A stretch of DNA of 64,000 nucleotides from the human T2T-CHM13v2.0 reference genome, Homo sapiens (GCF_009914755.1 NC_060935.1), one strand, 5' to 3'. Shown: positions 1 to 14,129, counted from the stretch's first letter. Program-made: numbers and translations. The notes: generated by a model not told the origin, from the sequence alone.

Positions 1-949
1 CCAATCATCTTCCTCTCGTTCCCCATCCCTGAGTCCCCACCCTACCCCAGATGGCCTGAAGACAACACTCTCTTCCATCCTCCTGGCCTGGGGTCACACA
101 CCCCCACATCACTGCCCAGGCAGCCGGCCAAAGAAGAAAGCCCCGATTTATTGCTCTTGGCAGCGTCTAGGCTGGGCATTTCTATAAACCCAGTGCCGGG
201 CTGACTAATAAAACACACACCCAGATTCACCCCTCAATAAATGTCTTTCAACCTTTAATCCTGTTTGTTGCAGTCTTTAAGGGAACATTGATTCAGCAGG
301 CAACGAGGGCTTTTCCTCCCATCTATCTCCCACCGATCGATGTTCTGTCACCCCACTCCACCCAGCCCGACAAAGGAGAGGCCTCTGAGGGGAGAGGAGG
401 GCATCTCTCCAGATTTATTTCACTGCTTATGAAAGGAGTTTTTAAAACTGCCACATGTGTTAGCTCCTAGATAGCTTTTCTGATCCTCAGCTACTCTAGG
501 TGACCTCCTTGAATTTGGAGCACAGGGCCCAGGTCACAGAGTAATGGCACAGACATGTGGAGGAGGAGTTCCTAATACAACTCAGCCAAAAAGGAGCTAC
601 ATTTCCTCTCTTGGCCACCTTTTTTTCCCCAAGGTCTCCCACCTTAGTTAATAACACCAACATCCTCCTGGTCACCCTGGCGACACACCTGAGCTATCTC
701 TACCCCTCCCTCCCTTTCCTGCCTATCCAAACAGGTCTCACGCCTCATCAATGCTGCCTCTTGGATCCATACCTCCTCTCCAGGCCATTGTCCTGCCCAC
801 AGCTCAGACTCCAGAGACCCCCATCCAGAGCCCTGTGAGAGCTCATTCCTCGATCCCCATTATTCCAGTTCCTTCCTATCAATCCCTTGCTGGAACTGCC
901 GTATGGTGCTCTTTCTACGACAGGAATCTGATCACATCGTTGTCCTGAT

Positions 950-1050
950 TATGAAAGGTTGGGTAACTTGCCCAAGGCCATACAGCTGGTGAGTGTCTGA
1001 GTGAAGACGGGAATCGGGTCATCCTATCTGTAATCTGCTGCTCTCCCACA
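950..1050 (-). mobile_element. MIR SINE fragment
   Basis: GGTAACTTGCCCAAGGCCATACAGCTGGTGAG is the reverse-strand MIR core. Confidence 0.75.
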
Positions 1051-1829
1051 TGAGACACGAACTCCCCTCTTACTGTAAGGAATTTGATTTTACTTGTTTT
1101 TGGGACTGCCACATACTTCTCTGTATCATACACAGTGCCCATCCTATTATTGAAATTCAGTAAATATTTGCTCACAGAACATATCCATAAACAACATCCT
1201 GAGGTCATGTCAAGTATGAATAACGTGCGTCTTCAGAGAAATCTCTGGGGCATTTCTTTGGGAGCAAGCATCAGACAAATAAACATCATTTGAGGTTTTT
1301 AATAGGAGATCAGTAAACCTTAATAAGATTGGAATCAGCTATTTAGTGTTAAGCTATAAATAAACAGAAGGGGACGGTCTGTTCCTGAGACTGTGTAATG
1401 TTTCTAGTCTCATAGTTCATAGGCCAGTGAACAGACAGGATGTCTACACCTGCAGTGCATGCCCAGGGCCAATATGCTTCATGCTACAGTGCAGGGAGAT
1501 AAGAGAAGGGTGCAGGCTTGTCACCAAGGTACACGGACTCCTCTCCCTACGCACAGAGGGACATCCCGGCAGTGCCCCAGGAGAGTGTCACTTCCATCCT
1601 GCTGATCTGTTTGAGAAGTCACCATTGCACCCACCTGGCCAATCCTCAGTCTCTTCAGTGGTAAAAACAGATACATACGCCTGTGTTGTCTGCCTCTGGA
1701 AATGCCAGCCCACTCCAGCTATATGACTGAATTAGCAACAATGTATCCAATTTCTGGGGACACCTTTGACCTAATTTTCCCAACGGCCACCCAGATTAAT
1801 GCAGCTGCCAAAGCCAAAGGCCACTGTGC

Positions 1830-1832
1830 AAA

Positions 1833-1870
<38 letters not shown>

Positions 1871-1882
1871 GAAAAAAAGAAA
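1830..1882. repeat. poly(A)/(GAAAA)n simple repeat
   Basis: A-run followed by GAAAA units, read directly. Confidence 0.95.
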
Positions 1883-2534
1883 CCCAGGACTGATTTATCA
1901 CCTCCCACCCTCCACTCTGGCCTGGTGTCAACCTCTCCCTTCCAAGCTACAGGTCAGAGGAAAAGCAAGAACTGTCAAGACTTAGCTTAGACTGTGGCCT
2001 AAGGTTGATAGTATTAACATCTCATTCAACCGTTGACAAGAAAGACCCTAATAAAAATAAAGGGCCAACCCAACCAGATGAGAAAGTCAGCTCCATGGTG
2101 CTGATTTACTCCTTCTCTCTGGCTCTGAAAATCAAATTGAGATGCAAGTTAATTCATTTTTATTATCGTCTCAGTCTATCAATCCTAGCTCTTGTCGCTT
2201 GTCCCCAAAGAAAATCCCAGTGCCTTCTGTGCCTCATTCTAAATGCCTCTCCAAAGCATCCTGCCACTGACAGGCTGAGAGCCTGGCTGGAGACCAGCCT
2301 CAATAGAGACATGTCTTTCAGGAGGGGACTTCTCAGTCCACCCGCTCTTGCCATAGCCCTCGCCAAAGCCCCTCAGAAGTGGACATGTGACCTCCTGGAT
2401 CTGTCCCAGAATGCCTAGGCTGGATGATAGGCAGATGGCTGGACATGAGCGGTAGCTGCAGGAAGGCCAGAGGTTCAGGCTTTGATCAGAAGACAGTGAG
2501 ACAAAGCAAAGCACTGCGTTGGAGGGGAGGCCAA

Positions 2535-3000
2535 CACAGAGGCCGGCCAGATCCCAGGGTGGCCCCGAGGTCTCCGCCTCTGGGTGCCACACCCTTGTGG
2601 AACCCCTCCTTGTGGCTGTGGGCAGGACCTAGTGACCTGTAATGGATAGAATAATGCAGAAGGGAGGGTGGGGGGCTCAGAGGCTTGTCCTAAGAGGCAG
2701 TGATGCCACACTCTATCCGTTGCAGCACTGGCTCTGGGGAAGCTGCTGCGCTGTGGAGGGGCCATGTGCTGAGGGCTGGAGCTGTGGCTGATGGCCTGGG
2801 AGCAGGTTTGGATCCTCAGATGGCTGCAATCCCTGCTGGCACTGTGACTGCTGGGTCTCCTGAGAGACTCTGACCCGAAAACACTCAGCGAAGACCCTCT
2901 CAGATTCCCGACCCACAGAAACTGTGAGATAGTAAGTGTTTGCTGTTTGAGTTCACTGAGTTTGGGATAATTTGTTCTACAGCAAGGAATAACTAATGTA
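2535..3000 (+). mobile_element. MLT1 (MaLR) solo LTR, MLT1E/F/G-like
   Basis: GGCAGGACCTAGTGAC near the 5' end; typical MLT1 3' end CCCACAGAAACTGTGAGATAGTAAGTGTTTGCTGTTT...GATAATTTGTTCTACAGCAAGGAATAACTAAT. Confidence 0.8.
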
Positions 3001-5189
3001 TGTGGCTCTGCGTTTTGCCTGTATAGAAGGCAAAGGCTTGGTCGTCCGGCAGACAAGAGCTCAAGCCAAGAAAAACACTCCAGGGCCCCATTTTCCAGCC
3101 TGGTGCTGCAACCACAAAATTAGGGGTGGGGAGGACGGGAACACTTAGGTTGCCACGCTGTTCCAGTCTCCAGCCTAGCTGTTTTCAAAGCTCAGGTGCC
3201 TCTAATACTCAAGACAATGCCATCTGACTGATGAGGAAGCTGAAACTTCGATGATTAGGCCCTGGTAATGAATGTCTGCGGTGGTCCCCATGGTCCTGGT
3301 TTCCCTTTGTCTTATCCCAGATGCTCAAAATGCCAGATTCTAACTTGGCAAGAAGACTCATCCTCTTTCTTGTAACATATTATAATCTCTGTCTTCTATA
3401 AAATACTCAGGCTTCTAGAGAGGATGGAGAAGAAGCTGGAGTAACAGCAAGTTGGCTCCAGAAATTGGTTTACAAAGCAGAAATCCAGATGTTTTCTCTT
3501 TTTTTCTCTCTAAACATCAAATCAAGCAGCAGCTTGCAACACTCTGTGTGGCCCAGCTGAAGAAATTCTAAACATTGCTTCAAGGATCTAACTCACAACT
3601 CATCTTAAACCATCACAAGAAAACTCCCATTAGAGCGGGAGAGGGGAAGTGTGTGTTAATGAGCTGAAGTGTGAGAATGGGATGAATAAGCAGAAGCTTG
3701 AATGCAGCACGGAGGCGAATGAAATAATTACCCAGCTTACCATTGTTACAACGCAATAAATTTAATGTAATTCCTAAAGGCCAACCCAGTTTTTTCTTTC
3801 TTTTTATTTTTAACTCCTTTTTACATTTTCAGAATTATACTTTAATTAGCATAACATTTAAATTAGTGAATGGAATCTTAATTAGCAGAAGAAATAGACT
3901 TTTGTTGGAGTGGTAACTAAAACAAATAAATCCACTTCCTCTTTCAAGAGCCGTTTGCTTATGGCGCATTTAATAGCCTAGTGTACCATAAACAATTTGA
4001 GGGAAAGATAAGTAATTAAATTAGAAGACATACTGGCCAGCTCCCAGCTCCCAACAACGGCACTTCCTTTTTCTGTCTCACAAGCGCTCCCCTCCTACTC
4101 TCTTATCTTAGTGGGTCTCTGCAGTCTGAGAACAAAGACATGGGTCCCTCTGGACCTCTTGGGTGTTTCCCATAATTACACTCTCTTGATAATTGGCAGG
4201 TTCAAAAAGCATTACTTTAAGTCTCCCTGTTTGTTTTCCCTCTGCGATGCCCTCTTTTAATTCACTAGGTCAGGAAAAGCGCTAAGCAAATCACATCTAA
4301 ATAATGACCTGTTAGTACGCACCCCACCTTTCCTTTTTGTCTTTCCTGGTCCCTTCACAGAAGGGCCATGCTTCACTCCACACTGGGGCCACTGGGAGCG
4401 AAAACTGGCAGTCCAGCCCCACACGGCAGCAGGGACAGAGCACGGTGACACTTAGGGGTGTCCGTGAGGGCAGACAGAATGCTCAGGGTATCTGTGAGGG
4501 CTGAGTGAATGCTTGGAGGCTGCAGAGGGTCCTGCCCACCCTCCATCTCAAATGAGAAAACAGGCACTAAGGACGATGACAGCACATTGTATAGGTCAGT
4601 CAGGGAGACAGCTGCCCCCAACTCCGGTATTTTGGCCCTCAGCCTGGGCTCTCTGTATCATAGCCTGTACAAATGTTCCTCAAACACATGGCCAGGAACT
4701 TGGAGACTATTCCTAACAAAGGACTATTTTTGACTTAAATATGAGGCAGGATCCAGGCTCAGGGCTTAATGTGGCCCTGCTTGGGGGATGCCTATCTCAC
4801 ATTTTGTACTCTCCTCTGCCCAAGAACCACCAATTAACCGGTAAGTGGTCCAGCCACAAGGAAGAGGCAAGACATCACTTGACATGACAGGACCAGTATT
4901 TATTTGGCCACTTCACAAAAGGTCCTTAAGGAAAAGGAGGAAGCAGCCACCGGCGGGGTGTTACATGGCCTGCATTCTGGTCCTGACTTCTTGAGTACTT
5001 CTGTGCACACAAAGATCTCCCTGGACCTGACTGCTTTCACCTAAGATTAGACAGCCTTTCAGTGCCCCAACAGGCAAAGCTGCATCCCTTGCTACCAGAG
5101 TTCTTCTATGAGAAGTTACCTGACAAACTCACCGGTTGTGTAAACTTGAGAAGTTAATTCACTCCTCTAAACCATCTGCTTAATTTATT

Positions 5190-5660
5190 AATTCCTTCAC
5201 TCAGTGTTTGTATTTTTCAATAAATATGTATTCAGTGATCGCTGTATTCCAAGCATTTCTTTAGATAAAAATGCAGGATGAATAAAACAGGCAAAATCTC
5301 TGTCCACATGGCTTGCGATTCGACTGAAGAAGTCAGACTACAAAACAAACACCTGACAAGAGAAGACACAGTGATAGATGTTGTGAATAAAACTAAAGAT
5401 GCAGAGGAGGGATTAATTCAGAACATATGGAGGGGCAGACCTGCCTCTCAAGGTTACTTCAGCAGAGAACTGAATCTCTTAAGGAGGTACAACATTTGAC
5501 AGTCAGAACCTTTTCCAGGGAGAGGGATACCAAGTGCAAAGACACTTAGGCAGGAACCAGCACCATGTTAGAGTGGGTGAGTGAGGTTAGAGAGCTTTGG
5601 AGGGGCAGATCGTATGGGGCCCTTGAGTCTGCCCATGGGTTTTATTCGGAGTCTTAAGGG
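5190..5660 (-). mobile_element. L2 LINE 3' fragment
   Basis: TCAATAAATATGTATTCAGTG...GATGAATAAAACAGGCAAAATCTCTG resembles the antisense L2 3' end. Confidence 0.65.
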
Positions 5661-6534
5661 AAGCTCTAAAGCAGATGTTCCTCCCTTAGAGGGCCGCTGC
5701 CAGACTCCGCACCATGAAGCCACCTGCCTAGGACCATGGCTGGCCCATAGAAAATGTCTAATAATAATAACCATCATTATCATATTAATAACTATAATCA
5801 TGATATGCTAACAATGGCTAAAAAGAGCTGGGTTTGGTAAGCACACAGAGACACACATGGTGTAACTATTGGGTACTTTGAATGTCTCCCACTTGCTTCA
5901 TTTTGGTCTCATAAGTAAACCTGGAAAATGTAAAAGTGAATGGACCCTTGAGGAATGAGCTGGGCCTCTACTCTTGTTTCTAACCTTTGGGATGTGTCAG
6001 GGGAAGGAGGGCCTATGGCAATCTACAAGAGCTCTGGATGACTTACTTTGTGGGAACAGTATGGGGACAATTGGGTGACCAAGAAAAGCAAGCACTTCTC
6101 TCAAGGGTATGGGTGTCATAACCAGGTGTAACACTTCAGCTTAATCTCAACGTCAAAAAGGGTGTTCAGCCAGGAATGTTGAACGTACTGCAACTATAGG
6201 AACCAGGAGGTAGGTTTCTTCTAGAGAGAGTATAATGAGTTGTCTGAAATGCTCTGCTCTGCATGGGTTCATTTCAGTGAATTCCATTGCCCCAGAACAT
6301 GTGTCATTCTTACTCTCTGACTGAGAATATCACCTTAATTGAGTTATCATATAAGGATAGCTTTTAACCCAGGTTATGAGGCTGAATGTGATGGTATGTG
6401 TGAATGACTTTGGATACTTGAAAAAAGATATTACAAATTAAATTTTCTTGAAGATGTGTGCAAGCCATGGTCATTAGTGTTTCAGATGTATTGGTTTTCA
6501 TTTGGCCCTCATATTAAGCATATATATGAGGTTC

Positions 6535-6670
6535 TTTCCCATCCCCATGTTGCAGATGAGGAAACTGAGGCACACAGGTTAAAGTCACTCAGCTAATTTT
6601 GAGTGTCAGAGGCAAGAATTGAGCCCTCAAGCTCTAACCTCAGTACTTGGCTCTCAACCACTTTGTAATC
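6535..6670 (-). mobile_element. MIR SINE
   Basis: CCCCATGTTGCAGATGAGGAAACTGAGGCAC core. Confidence 0.85.
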
Positions 6671-6959
6671 TTACCAACAATCCCCAGTAAAGCCAGAGTG
6701 TGTTAGAGACAACAGCTTACTAAGGAGGCCCTTTAGGGGGTGACCTCATACAAGATGTCCATGCCTGCCAAAATGTCTACACCTGATCATAAAATCTTGT
6801 AACCCATCTAAATCTTTCGTTCTTAAAATGCAAATATGTATGCAAGACGAAACAGCAACTCAGAATTACACTGAGAGATAGATGATTGTTGAAACCTTCT
6901 CAAGGCTGACAAGTTTGCAGAGAAACAGGAGGGAGAATACACAGTCCTACCTGTAGGGC

Positions 6960-7200
6960 CTTAGTGTGGCTTTCAGGCTGACTCAGCCACTTGCTGATTG
7001 GATGACCTCGCCGGTTAAGGCATCCTCTTTGAGCTCTTGTTTCCTTATAGAAAACATGCAACTAAAAACCTATCGTGTGAGATTTTTATTAAAATAAAAA
7101 TGAAATAATCTATGTATTTAGTGCAGTACTTGAATAAAATAGATGTTCACAGGTGGTAATTATTATTATTGTCATTGTTATTACTATTATTATTACTATA
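6960..7200 (+). mobile_element. MIR SINE
   Basis: degenerate core GATGACCTCG...TTTGAGCTCTTGTTTCCTTATAGAAAA and ATT-rich tail. Confidence 0.6.
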
Positions 7201-7760
7201 CTTTGTATCTTATTGCACTGAAGATAGATTTTGCTTGAGGCTTGGACCTCAAGTTGAATAAACAATCACAAAGCCAGTCCATCTTCTCATTCCAGATACT
7301 GTTCAGGGGACATTCTTTGAAATGGTCTTCTGTGCTAGACTTCAGGCTCCATACATAGATGCAGGGCCCATCTCTCTGTTGTCTCAGGGACTTTCATGGT
7401 GCATAGCACATGGGTAAATATACAATAATAACTACTACTAATTGACAATGAAGAAGGATGTCTTTTTCCAAGGGAAACCAACCTATGTCTACCTATTTCA
7501 GCTAAAGCCCCCATGAAAGAAAGCTGAGGCCATCCCTGGAGCATGTTTCTGTTTTAAAATCTGGCATGAGAGCATCTCCTGTGAAGACTCCTCCTTTAAG
7601 ACAGTCATAAAAATACCTCAATCACTATGTGAACGTGGATAATGTAAGTCACTGCTTACATTGAGAATTTCTAATACTTCTCCCAGATTTAGGATTCTAG
7701 AACTTTATAATTTATGACTGGAACATCTGTACGTTTACCTAACGTTAAGAGGTAGCTACA

Positions 7761-8267
<507 letters not shown>

Positions 8268-9319
8268 TTAGCATGCAATGTGAATTATATGGAGGAAGTC
8301 ACTCTAACAACTCAATGCAGTTTGGAAAAGGGTTGGGATCAAAATGAGGAGACTGAACAAAAGAAGCATCACTTCTATTCCTTCTCTCCAGTACTTCCTG
8401 TGAGTAAGTCAATGGAAGAAAAAGCTTTTCCAACTATAGGCCCCTCCATTCCACTCTGGCCAGGCAACTGCAAGGAGCAATAAAACTTCAATGGCTCCCA
8501 GTGGGTCGATTCGGCAAGAAGGAAGGTGTTATAAATCTTGCCCGATGCTTATGTGCAGCTTAAAAACAAACGGCTCCAATCACACTTAGCAGAGGTAGCC
8601 AATTTCCCCAGCATGCGGATGCAGCAGAGGAAGATTTACCCACCTGCACGACTCAGCGGAAGAAGAAGTTTGCGAGAGAGAAAGGGAAAGAAAGGTCAAG
8701 CTGCGGAATGAATGTCGACGATGTTGCAATGGATGGTTTAATGCGAAGACACGGCATACACGTGGCCCTGCTGAGCATCCATGGACAGGCAGCAGAGATA
8801 AACCATCCCTCCTAGTGAGATGTGCCCTTGAAGACACATTTCTAGCTGCAGAATGACCTACTGGCATTGCTCCTCCAAGCCCATGGGGAGGGCCGCCTGT
8901 CCCTTTGGGGACTCCTGTCATTGTGGTTTGTCTTTCAGCAGCTCTGGGCATCTTACTAACCCGTGCAGACCGATGATATATAAACACAGGTTTTTGTCAG
9001 TAGCTGTCCTCCATGAGCTCCAGAAACATTAGAAGTGGAAGTATTAGGAAGCAAAAAGCCTTTATTCAGCAGAGCTCCCCAACCCCCAGTTCCAACCATC
9101 CTTTAGCTGCTGAGTCTTAGCTCTCATCCGCTGAGCGCTCTGCTGAGCCACCATATCCCTCCATCAAAAAGCAGGACGCGTTCCAAGCATGCACTTTGTT
9201 GAAAGAAAGTTTGTTAATGAAGGTCAGAAAAATAAGCCTAGAAGCTACAGAATGCATTACAAGGCACTCTCAGAAAAGCAATGTTACCATATGATTATTA
9301 ATAATATTAAAAATTACAA

Positions 9320-9560
9320 TAACAGCAAGAACTTATCAATGCTTATCACGTGTCAGACCTAGCGCTAAAGCTCCGTTAAGTGCATTATCCCATTTAACAT
9401 TCCAATCAATCTGAGAGTTAGGCTTTATTTTTCTCTCATTACCAGATTAAGAAGCTAAGATTCAAAGTTCAGTAATTCAGTAATTCAAAATTCAGTAATT
9501 TGCCCAAAGTTACCCAGATAGAAAAAGAAGCTAAGAGCAGAATTAAGATAACCCAGTGCC
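9320..9560 (-). mobile_element. MIR SINE
   Basis: AGTAATTTGCCCAAAGTTACCCAG core; contains a short TTCAGTAA tandem expansion. Confidence 0.65.
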
Positions 9561-9689
9561 AAAGTCCATAATCAATCACTGATGTATATAGGAAAAAAAA
9601 TTAAAGACTATTTTTTTCAAATTACATATAATTGTAATATGCATGTGATATGCAAACTAATTAAATATTAAGATATAAAATTGTTAAAG

Positions 9690-9930
9690 TTAATGCTTAC
9701 TGAGTGTTTACCATATGGCAGGCACTGTACTAGGCACTTAACATGAATTAACGAATTTAATCTTCACAATAATTCTAAGAAGTAAATATAAGTATGACCC
9801 TCATTTTACAGCTAAGGAATCTGAGGATTGACTAGGTTAAGGTATTTATATAAGATCACACAGTGAGAGAAGCATCCGAGCCACTAATGAACTTGCATCT
9901 TTCTGATCCTGGAAACTTCACCTTAATCTG
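9690..9930 (-). mobile_element. MIR SINE
   Basis: TACTGAGTGTTTACCATATGGCAGGCACTGTACTAGGCACTT...CATTTTACAGCTAAGGAATCTGAGG. Confidence 0.85.
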
Positions 9931-10377
9931 CCATATCTTGCAACATGCCAAAAATCACAAACTGCCGTATTAGCAAGAATCTTGGCACTAAGAAAACTGT
10001 TCTAACCCTCACTGCATTAAGCCCAAAGGAGAGGCTAGGAAAGGGTGAAAAAGGGCCAGAATCCTAAGAAGAAGGCTGGATCCTGTCGGAGGTGACTGGT
10101 CCTCTGGCACATGGGGTCACCTGTCCTCCACACGTGTGCTTCAGGGGGACCTGAGCCCCAGCCTGATGCTTCTGCTGAGGGCTGTGTGCACTTGTTCTGC
10201 AGCTCATTCTGAGGCTTGTGACTTAGCTCCAAGGAGTTGCCCTTTAAACTGGGAAGTCAGGAAAGACTGACTCCAAGATTAAGGGGAGAAAACCAAGAGG
10301 AAGTAAGATGTATCATTCGTTACAGGTTTCTCTTAGCAGTCCATACATTGCAAAATGTGCCCATGGCTCCTGAAGTA

Positions 10378-11017
10378 CAGTTGATTCTTATTTTTCACAA
10401 ATTCTGTGTCTATGAATTTGCCTGCTCACCAAAATTTATTTGTAACCCCAAAACCAATATTCATGGTATGTCACCTTAGAGGTAATTCAAGGATATGTGC
10501 AGACTGGTGAAAAATTTGAGTCATCCCAATCTCATTGTCCCAGTGAGGTTGAAGGTGGCAATGCCCTGCCTTCTTGTTTCAGCTCTTATATTATAAACAC
10601 TTCCTTCTCACTGTCTGTTTAGTGACTTTTTTTTTTTTTGCATTTTTGTGGATGATTTCACGGTTTAAAACAGCCCCTACATATAGATCTAAGTCCTCTC
10701 TAGTGTTCAAAAGCACAAGAAGGGTGTGATGTGCCTTATGGAGAAAACATGTGTGTTAGAGAAGCTACATTCAGGCACAAGTTACAGTGCCACTGCGTGT
10801 GAGTTCAATTTAATCAATCAACAACATATATTAAATGAGGTGTCTTTAAATGGAAATACACATAAAACAAGGTTATGTATTGATTGGTAGACAAAAATGT
10901 TGTGATCAGAAGCTCACAGGAACCTAACTGTGTATTTGCCTTAGGAACAATGCTTCAGTGTTCACTAACTTGGTGTTTGAGGTGACCTTATAGACCACAG
11001 ATTATGAGAATCAACTG
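10378..11017 (+). mobile_element. TcMar-Tigger non-autonomous DNA transposon (MER82-like)
   Basis: terminal inverted repeats CAGTTGATTCTT / GAGAATCAACTG flanked by TA on both sides; 640 bp. Confidence 0.8.
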
Positions 11018-11029
11018 TACTGTCGGCTT

Positions 11030-11230
11030 TCACCCCAGAGAATGCCTGGCTACAGCTTACCATCTTTGGTAGCTGTATGGCCTTGAGGCATCCATGTAAG
11101 CCTCATTACTCTCCTTTATAGAATGATGTTGACCACAGTATCTACCTCATCAATTTGTAACTGTCCAGAGATAAAGTGTGTAGCATGGCACTTGGCACCC
11201 AGTGGGTGAGAAGCTCCGTGGATCCTAGCT
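11030..11230 (+). mobile_element. MIR SINE
   Basis: TAGCTGTATGGCCTTGAGGCA core and TAGCATGGCACTTGGCAC 3' part. Confidence 0.6.
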
Positions 11231-11843
11231 GCTGTGATGGCTGTCTCCAGTATCCCTCATCCAGGAGAAGGGGCAGGCAGTCTCATGAAAGCTGTTTCTC
11301 CAATTTCCTTCATCATCTTCAGGGTATTTTTACTTCTGAACATAACTGGCTAATCCCAAGAACAACCCAGGTTCTAGAAGATTTTCTCCTGTGCTGGATA
11401 ATACAGAAGATTCCAATGACTACAGCTTTGGCAAGTCCTCTTGCCTGACACCTGGCTCAGGAGTCTTGAAGGACTTGGATCACCTGCTTAAGAAGCAATC
11501 CCCTCTCTTCCACTTTACTCCTATCCAAGTGGCCCAGGCCTGAGGAGTAGGAAGTCCTCTCTTCACCATTCCCCCACCTTTCCTACACTTTAGTGTGCCC
11601 TCCACTGTACCCCCATCTTAGTACAACTCACCAGCCCCTCATATGCAACATGTCCTGTTGACTTTCCTCTGCCCCATGCTTAATCCTTCTTAACACACCC
11701 TGTTCCTGGTCCACCCCACATCATGCCTCAGATGGCATCACTGGGCTTCTGGTCTCGCAGGCTCATAAACTCAGAGCCAACATATTATAGTTGCCAAATT
11801 ATGTTAACAAAAATACTCTCCCACATCAGCGTCTCTCATTCTT

Positions 11844-13999
11844 TTTTTAATTTTTAATTTTTAACTTTTACTGTAGTAGGGGTATATATGTATGGGTTAC
11901 ATGAGATATTTTGGTACAGGCAATGTATAATTATCACATCAGGGTAAATGAAGTATCCATTCCCTCAAGCATTTATCCTTTGTGTTACAAATAATCCAAT
12001 TATACTCTTTTGGTTATTTGAAAATGTATAATTAAATTATTTTTGACTATAGTCACCTTGTTGTACTGTCAAATAATAGGTCTTATTCATTCTTTCCAAC
12101 TATTTTGTAACAACTAAACATCCCCACTTCCCTTCCATCTCCCCACTACCCTTCCCATGCTATAGTAACCATCCTTCTGCTCTCCACTCCATTAGTTCAA
12201 TTGTTTTAATTTTTATCCTACAAATAAATGAGAACATGAGAAGTCTGTCTTTCTGCGCCTGGCTTGTTCCACTTAATATAATGACCTCCAGTTCCATCCA
12301 TGCTATTGCAAATGACAGCTTCATTGTGTATATGTACTACATTTTCTTCATTCATCTGTTGATGGACACTTAGGTTGCTTCCAAATCTTGACTATTGTGA
12401 ACAGTGCTGCAACAAACATGAGAGTGCAGACATCTCTTTGATGTACCGATTTCCTTTCTTTGGAGTATATACCCATAAATGGGATTGCTAGATCACATGG
12501 TAGCTCTACTTTTAGTTTTCTGAGGAACTTCCAAACTGTTCTCCACAGTGGTTGTACTAATTTACATTCCCACTGACAGTGTACAAGGGTTCCCTTTTTT
12601 CCACATCCTGCCAGCATTTGTTATTGCCTGACTATTGTGTAAAAGCCATTTTAACTGGGGTGAGATGATATATCATTGTAGTTTTGATTTGCATTTCTCT
12701 GATGATCATTAAGGTTGAGCACCTTTTCATATGCCTGTTTGCCATTTGTATGTCTTCTTTTGAGAAATGTCTATGCAGATCTTTTGCTCACTTTTTAATC
12801 AGATTATTAGAATTTTTCCTATAGAGTTGTTTGAGCTCCTTATATACTGGGTTACTAATCCCTTGTCAGAGAGTAGTTTGCAAATATTTTCTCCCGTCCT
12901 GTGAGTTATCTCTACTTTTTTTGATTGCTTTTGTTTTGCTGTTGCTGTTGTTGTTGTTTTGCTTTGCAGAAACTTTTTAACTTCATGTGATCCCATTTGT
13001 CCATTTTTGCTTTGGTTGCCTGTACTTGTGGGGTATTACTGAAGAAATCTTTGCCCAGTCCAATGTCCTGGAAAGTTTCCCTAATGTTTTCCTGTAGTGG
13101 TTTCATAGTTTGAGGTCTTAGATTTAAGTCTTTAATCTATTTTGATTCTTGTATATGGCAAGAGATAGTTTCACTCTTCTGCATATGGATATCCAGTTTT
13201 CCCAGTACAATTTATTGAAGAGACTATCTTTTCCCCAATGTATATTCTTGTCACCTTTGTCAAAAATGAGTTCATTGTAGGTAGATGAATCTGTTTCTGG
13301 GTTCTTTATTCTGTTCCATTGGTCTATGTATCTGTTTTTGTGCCAGTACCACATTGTTTCAGTGACTATAGCTCTGTAGTACAATTTGAAGTTAGGTGTG
13401 TGATCCCTCCAGTTTTGTTCCTTTTGCTCAAGATAGCTTTGGCTATTCTGGGTCTTTTGTGGTTCCATATAAATTTTAGGATTGTTTTTGCTATTTCTGT
13501 GGAGAACGTCGTTGGTATGTTGATAGAGATTGCATTGAATCTATAGATTGCTTCAGGTAGTAAGGACATTTTAACAATATTGATTCTTCCAGCCTATGAA
13601 CATGGAATATGCTTCCATTTTCTGTGTGTCCTTTTCAATGTCTTTCGCCAGCTTTTATACTTTTCATAGTAGAGAGCTTTCACTTCTTTGGTTAATTCCT
13701 AGGTATTTAATTTTATTTGTGGCTACTATAAATAGGATTACTTTTTTTTTTCTTTTTCAGATTGTTCATTGTTGGCATAGAGAAATGCTACTGATTTGGG
13801 GATACTGATTTTGTATCCTGCAAATAAATTATTTATACAAATAAATTATTTGTAAATTTACTTATTAGTTCTAATAGTTTTTTGGCAGAGTCTTTAGCTT
13901 TTACCAAATATAAGACAAGATCAATTTGACTTTTTCCTTTCCAATTTGAATGCCCTTTATTTTTTTTCTCTTGTCTAATTGCTCTAGCTAGGACTTCCT
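11844..13999 (-). mobile_element. 5'-truncated L1MA-type LINE-1 (ORF2 C-terminus + 3'UTR), decayed
   Basis: ORF track gives L1 ORF2 remnants ([25 protein letters not shown]; HCQWECKLVQPLW CCHC region); L1MA-type 3'UTR; degenerate TSD GTCTCTCATTCTT (11831) / GTCACTCACTCTT (14000). Confidence 0.93.
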
Positions 14000-14129
14000 G
14001 TCACTCACTCTTATTTTTCCACATTCCTATGAGCAAATCCTGGCTAAGGGACACGATTTGTCCACTTTGCTATTATCATGTTTACACAGGCTCTCAATCT
14101 CTTAGGATTATTTACCCCAAGGCTCAACT

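Noticed and set aside
2475-3056. Longest ORF (193 aa)
   Set aside because: Antisense read-through of an MLT1 LTR with no recognisable domain
4946-5700. CTCF-like motifs (CCACCGGCGGGG; CCCTTAGAGGGCCGC)
   Set aside because: Mismatches at core positions; cannot be supported without PWM scoring or ChIP data
12348-13569. Several ORFs with convincing protein-like sequence
   Set aside because: Frameshifted remnants of L1 ORF2 in a truncated L1MA element, not a gene
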